Shown piece by piece: positions 19,729 through 26,961 of a stretch of 28,487 nt of DNA. Source of the DNA: Pseudobdellovibrionaceae bacterium (GTDB taxonomy: Bacteria; Bdellovibrionota; Bdellovibrionia; Bdellovibrionales; Bdellovibrionaceae); assembly GCA_039810425.1 (NCBI GenBank), contig JBDHWW010000038.1, positions 1 through 28,487 on the forward strand, in the 5' to 3' direction. The notes below the pieces were generated by a model, which worked only from the letters and a program-made list of their open reading frames with translations, was not told the DNA's origin and made no database searches. The position numbers and the translations under genes were made by a program. How positions within the stretch are numbered: position 1 is the stretch's first letter; each line of letters begins with the position of its first letter.

Positions 19729-20199
19729 ATGTTTCAGCTCATCTTGAAGACTCATCTCGCATTTTTACTGATTCCGCTGCTCACGCTGGCTCTTGAGCCT
19801 ACAAACCCAAGCGGCCTTTGCGATCGCTTCCTTGGTGATAAAGACAAGGCTCAGTGCATGCTAAAGACCACGAAGGACCCTTTGGACTGGTATGCTTCGT
19901 CTGCCTGCGCCCTTCAGCAAGAGGATATGAACTTTATGAGTTGCCTTGACGAGATCAAGGGAGCCACGTTCAATCCCGAGGCGCTGGAGCTCTGTGCGAA
20001 ATCGACAAACATCTCGGATGAAGCCCGCATCAGTTGCATTAAAAAAATCAAAAATAAAGATTATTCCCGCGCACAAATCAAGTACTGCGCCGATCGCGGC
20101 GAACTTTCGAATATGGAGAGCTGTCTGTTTAATTCGGGCCGCAGACCTGCAAGCCACGCCCCCGCGCCAGGCTTTCAAGCGCTCGAAATCAAAAAATAG
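19729..20199 (+). CDS. Secreted Cys-repeat hypothetical protein
   Basis: Signal peptide; 8 Cys in four C-x(10-13)-C units; C-terminal RRPAS motif. Confidence 0.8.
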   Translation: MFQLILKTHLAFLLIPLLTLALEPTNPSGLCDRFLGDKDKAQCMLKTTKDPLDWYASSACALQQEDMNFMSCLDEIKGATFNPEALELCAKSTNISDEARISCIKKIKNKDYSRAQIKYCADRGELSNMESCLFNSGRRPASHAPAPGFQALEIKK

Positions 20200-20441
20200 A
20201 GCTTTAGATAACCTTAAAGATCGCGTCCAAAAATGCGAGTTGTTTAGTTCATCGAACACTCGCCTGGCCACCGAACATCTCGAAACCGTCATCCACATGA
20301 TTGTGTTTATATTCTTATTCAATAAAAATTAAGCGACTCGTTAAAAACATAACAAGATACTTATGTTACCGTAAACACGTATCTTTTTAACACAATCATT
20401 TGTTTAAGTTACATTTCGTGCTAAGATGATGTTAAGATTTT

Positions 20442-20470
20442 TTGACAATTAATGATTTATTTGCTCCAAT
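20442..20470 (+). promoter_or_regulatory. Candidate sigma70 promoter for the HTH gene
   Basis: Perfect TTGACA (20442-20447), 17 nt ending in TGc, TCCAAT (20465-20470); the -10 lacks the -11 A. Confidence 0.4.
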
Positions 20471-20532
20471 CATAAGTGCGGACAAACCGAAACATTGCAC
20501 TCTCGCAATGTTCGGAAATGATGAGGGTGACA

Positions 20533-21075
20533 ATGATAGAAGGACAGATTGCCGGAATAACCGGCCAAGATACGAAGACGGCGGCGGACTATTTAATAAC
20601 TATTTTCAATGAACGAAAAGAGAAAAACCCACGTTATTCTCTGCGAGCTTTCGCACGATCGCTCGGCGTATCCTCAGGACAGCTCTCAGAAATTCTCTCT
20701 GGAAAAAGACCCCTTTCTCACAAACTTGCACGAAGAATTTCGATTGCCCTGGCACTCACTGAAGATGAATCACAAAAGCTCATTCACCTTGTATCGCAAC
20801 AAAGTCAGTTCCTCGAAGCGACCGGCAGCAATTCCCGATCCCTTTCTGAAGAAGAGATCGCGCTCATGTCTATCGCTCAAAACCTGGACTCTAAATTAAA
20901 ATTCAGCTCGGATTTCCAAAGCACTCCAGTATCTCAAAACTTCGCAGAGATGGATCAAGAGATCGTTCTTGAAGTAAAAAAAGCCATCCGCAATTTCCGC
21001 AAGAAATTGAAGAAGGTTCTTGATGCTGAAAAGAAAGCCGGCATCAGCATGCTCGGCGCGGAGAAAGCTGTTTAA
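20533..21075 (+). CDS. XRE-type HTH protein of the TIGR02147/DUF4423-like family, shortened form (180 aa)
   Basis: NPRYSLRAFARSLGVSSGQLSEILSGKRPLS family signature; C-terminal KKAIRNFRKKL helix; GAGGG SD before ATG 20533 (ATGs at 20518 and 20521 also possible). Confidence 0.85.
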   Translation: MIEGQIAGITGQDTKTAADYLITIFNERKEKNPRYSLRAFARSLGVSSGQLSEILSGKRPLSHKLARRISIALALTEDESQKLIHLVSQQSQFLEATGSNSRSLSEEEIALMSIAQNLDSKLKFSSDFQSTPVSQNFAEMDQEIVLEVKKAIRNFRKKLKKVLDAEKKAGISMLGAEKAV

Positions 21076-21103
21076 TCGCGCCTCCTGCCCCCCCACCCTC
21101 GGG

Positions 21104-21405
21104 CTTACTATTACCCACATCTTTTACCAGCTTCAAGTCGGCAACGCTCAACCCCACAGCCTGTTTTTAAAGCCTTAAAGTAGAGCTCCACTTCCCAGCG
21201 CATACGATAAGTATTCCCCACGCTGAAGGATCACGTAAAAATGCATTCTGAATACCTAGGACTTCTAAGAGTAATCTCTTAGAAGTAACCAACGAGCCAT
21301 AGGACCTTGATGCAAGGAAAGGTAAACACGAGGCGGTATGCACCCAGAAATATGTTCTAAATAAAACAAAACCCACATCTTTTACCAGATGTGGGTAATA
21401 GTAAG
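21104..21405 (-). mobile_element. 302-bp non-autonomous IS4-family (IS50/Tn5 group) derivative, MITE-like
   Basis: Perfect 19-bp TIRs CTTACTATTACCCACATCT (21104-21122 and 21387-21405); flanking 8-bp direct repeat CCCTCGGG (21096-21103 and 21406-21413); internal YREK fragment. Confidence 0.9.
21111..21230 (-). pseudogene. IS4/Tn5-like DDE transposase fragment (YREK helix)
   Basis: Manual translation SFSVGNTYRMRWEVELYFKALKTGCGVERCRLEAGKRCG* has exact Y-2-R-3-E-6-K spacing followed by TGC.VE..RLE; not in the ORF track; in-frame stop upstream at 21231-21233. Confidence 0.88.
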
Positions 21406-21480
21406 CCCTCGGGGAGGGGGAAGGCAAAGTTTGCGCGAAAGTTGCGGCTTTTTTCACACCTTCATGTCATTCTACGGGGC

Positions 21481-21789
21481 ATGAGAATTCGTCAAGTCGG
21501 TTTTTCCTCGCGCCTCAAAGCTCATCGCAAGCTTCTCACTCTAGAGACGCTTAAGTTCATCGTGGAATTCCTCAAGGACGGCAATGCCCGGATGGCCGCC
21601 CTGCGCTCTGGGGTGCCTGAAACCTATGCCTCACGCCAAGGAGCGTGGCTCAAGAAGCATCCCCTCGTCCAGGCCGCCATGGAGGCCGAGGTCGACGAGC
21701 GCGAACTGCTTCAACTGACCAAGGCCGTTGCGGAGATTGAACGACAGATGGAACTCTGCAAAGAAATCCTCGGCCTACAGGAATGCTGA
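21481..21789 (+). CDS. Orphan phage terminase small-subunit-like HTH protein (102 aa)
   Basis: LTLETLKFIVEFLKDGNARMAALRSGVPETYASRQGAWLKKHPLV resembles the Terminase_2 pattern LT....F..EYL.D.NA..AA.RAGY....A...G..L...P.V; C-terminal coiled coil. Confidence 0.65.
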   Translation: MRIRQVGFSSRLKAHRKLLTLETLKFIVEFLKDGNARMAALRSGVPETYASRQGAWLKKHPLVQAAMEAEVDERELLQLTKAVAEIERQMELCKEILGLQEC

Positions 21790-21845
21790 GCAAAGGCCGG
21801 ACGATTTGATCCTCTTTTTGGCCTCCATCGCTCTGTTTGCCATGA

Positions 21846-22625
21846 TCATCGCCGCTGAACAAGCTCCAGCGACCTTTGCGGATGGGAGCCTTTTAAGAAG
21901 TTCTTAAAGGTCTTTCCGGTATACTTTTGATAGATCTGATCCACATAGCCACGCGCAAAGAGCTCGTGGATCTTTTTATTGAGCTTTTTATGGAGGAGTT
22001 GGTCTTTGATTTCGACAAATGTCGGAACCAAATCCACCGACGGATACAAAATCCGCACTTTAAGATTCTCGCGTTTAATCATCTCCGCCGCTTGATAAGG
22101 GTCATCGATATATAGATCAATTCTTTTCGCTGAGAGCTTTCGCAGATTTAAAATAACTTCATTTTCTTCTTCAACGAGCCACTTCTTGTTTTGCTTAATC
22201 TTTTCTGGATAGCCATAGTCTTTCGTAAAGCCGATATGTTTACCGTCAAATTGCGAAAGCGAGGTGTATTCTTTAAAAGGAGAATCTTGCGGAACCATCA
22301 CGTTCAGCGTCCAGTACTCAAGCGGTCTATCCAAATAGTACATCTTTTTATTTTTGCCCGCTTCGGTGGTAAAAAGGGCTCCGCTGATTTCTCCGCTGCG
22401 GCTTAAGACAAAGCAACGATAGGCATAGTTCACCTCTTCCACCGCAAACTTATAGCCGATCTCTTCCAAAGCTTTCTTCATGATATCGTAGGTGACACCG
22501 CTATCAATGATGCCCTTTGCGTTTTTAATTGCATAAGGTTGGTACTGTTCCGCGCAAAAGGTAAGCGTTTTGGCGGTTGCGTGTGCAGGAGCTAACAAGA
22601 GGTGGTAAATAAGAATGAGCGTCAT
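21846..22625 (-). CDS. Orphan periplasmic substrate-binding protein, family 3 (amino-acid type)
   Basis: Signal peptide; FCAEQYQPY, G..YDI, GFTKDYGY, NLRKLSAKRIDL; no adjacent permease or ATPase. Confidence 0.85.
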   Translation of the reverse strand: MTLILIYHLLLAPAHATAKTLTFCAEQYQPYAIKNAKGIIDSGVTYDIMKKALEEIGYKFAVEEVNYAYRCFVLSRSGEISGALFTTEAGKNKKMYYLDRPLEYWTLNVMVPQDSPFKEYTSLSQFDGKHIGFTKDYGYPEKIKQNKKWLVEEENEVILNLRKLSAKRIDLYIDDPYQAAEMIKRENLKVRILYPSVDLVPTFVEIKDQLLHKKLNKKIHELFARGYVDQIYQKYTGKTFKNFLKGSHPQRSLELVQRR

Positions 22626-22839
22626 CAGGGCTCATTTCCATGGGCTCACAACCTTATGTCAATAAAGATAGCAGTTCCCCACCCAGAATGTGGTTTAAGA
22701 GGACTGCCGATGACTCGAACATGGGATTTTTAGAATGATCTTTCCTAAATCGAACCTAGGCCGCCTGCCTCTGCCCCGACACCCTTTCATCAGCGCGCGT
22801 CGCGTCTTCAATCTTCAGTCCCCTCATTCAGCGGGATTT

Positions 22840-22884
22840 AAAAGTAAAAACTGGCCCCTATAAATGTTGATAGCATAGGGGCCA
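22840..22884 (-). terminator. Intrinsic terminator ending the fbaB-lysS-rhodanese unit
   Basis: 10-bp stem TGGCCCCTAT/ATAGGGGCCA (22852-22861 and 22875-22884), followed on the minus strand by GUUUUUACUUUU; a second 10-bp hairpin at 22893-22917 overlaps the stop codon. Confidence 0.6.
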
Positions 22885-22910
22885 TTTCGTTAAAAGTAGA
22901 TCCGCAAGAT

Positions 22911-23834
22911 CTACTTTCCCTTTTTACCTGTTTTTTTATCACTACCGAAGCGAACCGCTTCATAACCGCCCGCGAAGTTGCGGGCCTTTTTGTAACCAAG
23001 CTTTTGCAAAGCCCAAGTCACCGAGCCTGAGCGAACGCCATGGTTACTGATCAGGTCAATCTCAGTCATCTCGGTGACACCCTTTTCATTCAGCTCCCTC
23101 ATGACCGCGGGATTTGGATCCATGTTTTCAGTAAAGAACTCGCGCCAGTCCATATTGTAGAATCTAAAATTGCGAGGAGTTCGTTTGTTGAGGTTATCAA
23201 TGGAGTGTTCTTCCGGAGAACGTACATCAATCACAACGAAGTTCAAATCCTTCATCGGGAGCGGCGCCCCACCCAGCGCTTTTGCGCGGGCACGTGTCGG
23301 AAAGTAGCTGGTGTCTTCGATTTTAGCTTTGAGCTCGTCCCAGCCAATCGCCATGTCTTGATCCAGCTGCGCCGCCCAGAAGTTTTTGTTTTTAATCTCA
23401 GCCCCGCCATCGCGGCGCTCACGGAAATCTTCAACATTCGCAAGTTGAATATTCGTAACGCCGAGACTTTCTAAAGTCCAGCCCACACGCCCCTCTTCCC
23501 CTTTGCCGAGCAGGCCTTTACCAACAATCAAAACCGGCGTCTGAGGATCCACCCCAATCAATGCCAAACGACGCGCGATCGGATGCAGATCTTTTTCAAT
23601 GAGACCGCGAGAATCCGGCGCGCGGCGGGAGAAGTCCTCCCACGCCACATTCACGGAGCCTGGGATATGCGAGAGATTAAAGTCCATAGGCGCACGGACA
23701 TCCAAGATCACGGTGTTCGGCGTGACCTTGGCCTTTTGCACTTCTTTACGAGAAACCACCGGTGTCTCCGAAGTGACTTTCGTCGGTTTCGGCGCACAGG
23801 AAACTAGAAAAAGAAGGACAAAAAGGCACCTCAC
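22911..23834 (-). CDS. Tandem rhodanese-domain lipoprotein (sulfurtransferase-like)
   Basis: Lipobox LVSC; ILDVR...F...HIPGSVN; second domain VIDVRS...GVRSG...LGY..ARNFAGG; GTG start overlaps the lysS stop. Confidence 0.85.
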   Translation of the reverse strand: MRCLFVLLFLVSCAPKPTKVTSETPVVSRKEVQKAKVTPNTVILDVRAPMDFNLSHIPGSVNVAWEDFSRRAPDSRGLIEKDLHPIARRLALIGVDPQTPVLIVGKGLLGKGEEGRVGWTLESLGVTNIQLANVEDFRERRDGGAEIKNKNFWAAQLDQDMAIGWDELKAKIEDTSYFPTRARAKALGGAPLPMKDLNFVVIDVRSPEEHSIDNLNKRTPRNFRFYNMDWREFFTENMDPNPAVMRELNEKGVTEMTEIDLISNHGVRSGSVTWALQKLGYKKARNFAGGYEAVRFGSDKKTGKKGK

Positions 23835-25315
23835 TATTTGCCTCCAAATTTCATCGTCGGAAAAAAGATGATATCGCGGATGCTTGGACGATCGGTCATG
23901 ATCATCACGATGCGCTCAATCCCGATTCCCACCCCGCCTGTCGGTGGCATGCCGGAATCAATCGCCATAATGAAATCCTCATCCATCGGATGGGCCTCTT
24001 CATCTTTACCGCGGTTAGCCTCTTGTTCTTTCAAACGGGCCAACTGATCTTCTGGATCGTTCAATTCAGAATAAGCATTGCCGATTTCCATGCAAGCCGC
24101 AAACGGCTCGAAACGCTCCACCAGGCGCTTGTCTTTGCGATGGATCTTCGTCAGCGGAGAAATCTCTACCGGGTGATCCAGCACAAACGTTGGTTGCCAC
24201 AAATGCTCCTCGGCGGTGAGCTCAAAAAGCTCCATGATCATTTCACCACGGTTATACTTTTCTTTCTCGCGCGTGCCGGCTTTTTTCAAGGCCGCGAAGA
24301 TCTCATCATCGCTCGCCTTTTCAGGATCAAGTTTCGCGTACTCTTTCACTCCCTCATAAACTGTCAAACGGCGCCAAGGCGGAGTGAAGTCGATTTCTTT
24401 TCCTTGGTAAGTGACTTTCATGCTACCGGTGATTTTCTGAGCCAACGTCGAAATCAATTCTTCAAATTGGTTCATTTGATAATTGTAGTCGGTGTAGGCT
24501 TCGTAGAACTCAAGGAGTGAGAACTCCGGATTGTGAGTACGGTCGATCCCTTCGTTACGGAAGTTTTTACTGATCTCATACACTTTTTCGTAACCGCCAA
24601 CGATCAGCCGCTTCAAGTAAAGCTCCGGTGAAATTCTCATGTAGAGCTTCATATCCAAAGCTTTGTGATGAGTCGTAAACGGAGTCGCCGCCGCGCCCCC
24701 GTATATTGGTTGCAACGTCGGAGTTTCGACTTCCATGAAGCCACGGTCGTCCAAAAATCTGCGAACTTCTTTAATAATCTTAGAACGGGTTTCGAAAACT
24801 TTGCGGGAATCGGGATCCGTCATCAAGTCCAGGTGACGATGACGGTACTTGATTTCCACGTCTTGAACGCCATGGAATTTTTCTGGCAAAGGCTCCAAAG
24901 TCTTCGTCAGAATTGCAATGTGTTTGCAGTACAGTGAAAATTCACCCTTCTGCGACTTAAACACATAACCCTCCACGCCCACGATATCACCGAGGTCGAG
25001 AAGTTCAAACGCCGCGCGCTCTTGTTCAGAGAGTTCTTCCACTTTCACATAAACTTGCAGAGTGCCGGTTTGATCTTGAACGTTGAAGAAGGAAGCCTTC
25101 CCCATTGAACGCAAAGTCATCAAACGGCCGGCAATGCGATATACGGACTCAGGTTTCTTTTCACCTGGCTGCAAACCTGCCGCATACTTTGAGATAAGCT
25201 CCGCCACCTTACCCGTGCGATCGAAGGTATAAGGGTAAGGGTTGATGCCCTTTTCACGAAGGGCATGGAGTTTGCGGCGTTTCTCCGCTCTGAGCGGATT
25301 ATCATGGGTCGACAT
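23834..25315 (-). CDS. lysS: Lysine--tRNA ligase, class II
   Basis: OB anticodon domain, GGAAATPF.TH, ISPELYLKRLIVGG, FRNEGID..HNPEF, GMPPTGGVGIGIER. Confidence 0.98.
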   Translation of the reverse strand: MSTHDNPLRAEKRRKLHALREKGINPYPYTFDRTGKVAELISKYAAGLQPGEKKPESVYRIAGRLMTLRSMGKASFFNVQDQTGTLQVYVKVEELSEQERAAFELLDLGDIVGVEGYVFKSQKGEFSLYCKHIAILTKTLEPLPEKFHGVQDVEIKYRHRHLDLMTDPDSRKVFETRSKIIKEVRRFLDDRGFMEVETPTLQPIYGGAAATPFTTHHKALDMKLYMRISPELYLKRLIVGGYEKVYEISKNFRNEGIDRTHNPEFSLLEFYEAYTDYNYQMNQFEELISTLAQKITGSMKVTYQGKEIDFTPPWRRLTVYEGVKEYAKLDPEKASDDEIFAALKKAGTREKEKYNRGEMIMELFELTAEEHLWQPTFVLDHPVEISPLTKIHRKDKRLVERFEPFAACMEIGNAYSELNDPEDQLARLKEQEANRGKDEEAHPMDEDFIMAIDSGMPPTGGVGIGIERIVMIMTDRPSIRDIIFFPTMKFGGK

Positions 25316-25325
25316 TGACTAGCTC

Positions 25326-26252
25326 CTAAAGTGATTTTCCTGCGAACGCTTCCATCACGCTGCGTAGCAACTGGATGGATTCCTGTTTGGGTCTTTGGAA
25401 AGCATTGCGGCCCATGATTGAACCAAAACCACCACCCTGAGCGATTTCTTTGATTTCTTTCATCAGGTCCTCCGTCGTTTTCGCTTCGCCGCCAGAGAAG
25501 ATCACGATGCGTTTACCGTTGAAGGAAGACTGAATCACGTGGCGGATACGATCAGCCATTGTCGACACCTTGATACCTTGGGCCTGGTAAACTTTTTTCG
25601 CCGCCTCTTGCTCGATGTGGGCTGAAGGTGGTTTTACTTTGATGATGTGCGCGCCCAATTGGGCCGCGATGTGGGCAGAGTAAGCGATCACGTCAATAGC
25701 CGTCTCACCCTCTTTAGTGATTTGCTCACCGCGGGCGTAAGACCAGATGACAACTGCCAAGCCCGCTTTTTTTGCTTCAGAGGCGGCCACGGCGATTTCT
25801 TCGTACATGTGCTTTCTTTCGGAACTGCCCGGATAGATTGTAAAACCAATCCCCGCGCAACCCAACCGAAGGGCGTCGTCGATATGTGAAGTCAAAGCAG
25901 AGATGGGAGCTTTGTTTGTGTAAAGAGTGTCTGAGTTATTGATTTTCAAAATCAAAGGAATTTCACCCGCGAACTCACGCGCACCGGTTTCCAAAGCACC
26001 GAGGGGAGCGGCGTAAGCGTTGCAACCAGACTCTATTGCCAGTTGGTAGTGGTAGTTCGGATCGTAAGCATCGGGATTCATCGCAAACGTGCGCGCCGGG
26101 CCATGCTCAAAACCTTGATCCACCGGCAAAATGACGAGCTTACCAGTCCCTGCCAATTTACCGTGATTCATCATACGCGCCAGGTTCGTCAAAGTCCCGG
26201 GGTTGTCAGCGCCGTACCAACTCAAAATCTCTCTTACTCTTGGTGTCATCAT
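25326..26252 (-). CDS. fbaB: Class I fructose-bisphosphate aldolase (DhnA/FbaB type)
   Basis: GKLVILPVDQGFEHGP, GFTIYPGS, WSY.RG, Schiff-base Lys in IIKVKPP, GRNAFQR; AGGAG SD; start 26252 or 26249. Confidence 0.93.
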   Translation of the reverse strand: MMTPRVREILSWYGADNPGTLTNLARMMNHGKLAGTGKLVILPVDQGFEHGPARTFAMNPDAYDPNYHYQLAIESGCNAYAAPLGALETGAREFAGEIPLILKINNSDTLYTNKAPISALTSHIDDALRLGCAGIGFTIYPGSSERKHMYEEIAVAASEAKKAGLAVVIWSYARGEQITKEGETAIDVIAYSAHIAAQLGAHIIKVKPPSAHIEQEAAKKVYQAQGIKVSTMADRIRHVIQSSFNGKRIVIFSGGEAKTTEDLMKEIKEIAQGGGFGSIMGRNAFQRPKQESIQLLRSVMEAFAGKSL

Positions 26253-26284
26253 TTCGCTCCTATTGATTCTTAAAGATCTCAAAG

Positions 26285-26313
26285 AAGGTAGTCATTCCGC
26301 TGTTTTTAATCAA
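26285..26313 (-). promoter_or_regulatory. Candidate sigma70 promoter for fbaB-lysS
   Basis: TTGATT (26313-26308), 17 nt, TACCTT (26290-26285). Confidence 0.5.
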
Positions 26314-26335
26314 GAATTTGAGGAAATTAACACGC

Positions 26336-26364
26336 TTGGCAGAAAGTGGATTTTGCTGTACATT
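26336..26364 (+). promoter_or_regulatory. Candidate sigma70 promoter for the NifU-like gene and MATE
   Basis: TTGGCA (26336-26341), 17 nt, TACATT (26359-26364). Confidence 0.55.
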
Positions 26365-26387
26365 GGCAGCCGCAAAAGGAGCTTCCT

Positions 26388-26957
26388 ATGTCCAATGCTA
26401 CAAACTCCCCCAATAAAGTGACTTTTGAGAGCACCCCAAACCCGGCGACCTATAAGTTCCACCTCCAGCGCCAAGTGACGGATGCAGCTTTTGACTGCCC
26501 CACACCTCAAGAGGCAGAACGTTCTCCTTTAGCGGCAAAGCTTTTTGGCTTTCCTTGGACGAGCTCTGTTTTCGTCGGTGCCGACTTTATCACTGTGACG
26601 AAACAAGACTGGGTTGACTGGAGCATGCTGGCGGAGCCTCTGGCGGGTTTGATTCAAGAACACCTTGATAAAGGTGAGCCTGTTGTACTTAAACTCGAAA
26701 CCATCCCACCTGAAGACTCTGCCAACGATAGCCCTATCGTTAAGCAAATTAAGAGCCTTTTAAATGCTGAAATCCGCCCGGTAGTGGCTTTGGATGGCGG
26801 CGATATCGTCTTTAAAAATTACCAAGACAATATTTTGTACATTCAAATGCGTGGAGCTTGTGCGGGCTGCCCCAGTTCGACGGCGACCCTCAAAGAGGGC
26901 ATCGAAGTCCGCATGAAGGAAGCTTTCCCAGAGATCAAAGAAGTTGTTGCAATCTAA
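26388..26957 (+). CDS. NifU/Nfu-family Fe-S cluster carrier (Nfu_N plus NifU domain)
   Basis: ESTPNPAT.KF, SPLA..LF, IRP.VA.DGGDI, GACAGCPSS (CxxC); AAGGAG SD before ATG 26388. Confidence 0.93.
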   Translation: MSNATNSPNKVTFESTPNPATYKFHLQRQVTDAAFDCPTPQEAERSPLAAKLFGFPWTSSVFVGADFITVTKQDWVDWSMLAEPLAGLIQEHLDKGEPVVLKLETIPPEDSANDSPIVKQIKSLLNAEIRPVVALDGGDIVFKNYQDNILYIQMRGACAGCPSSTATLKEGIEVRMKEAFPEIKEVVAI

Positions 26958-26961
26958 ATTT

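Noticed and set aside
20476..20556. GEMM-I (c-di-GMP/cGAMP) riboswitch near the HD-GYP gene
   Set aside because: GGACAAACC and a hairpin are present, but the GNRA-capped stem and the GACGCAAAGC core are missing.
21167..21457. 96-aa minus-strand ORF across the mini-element
   Set aside because: It crosses the TIR boundary and is in a different frame from the transposase-like peptide.
21391..21480. 30-aa N-terminal extension of the TerS-like ORF
   Set aside because: It starts at a GTG inside the element's TIR; ATG 21481 fits better.
21076..22625. Prophage or phage satellite
   Set aside because: No integrase, att repeats, TerL, portal or structural genes.
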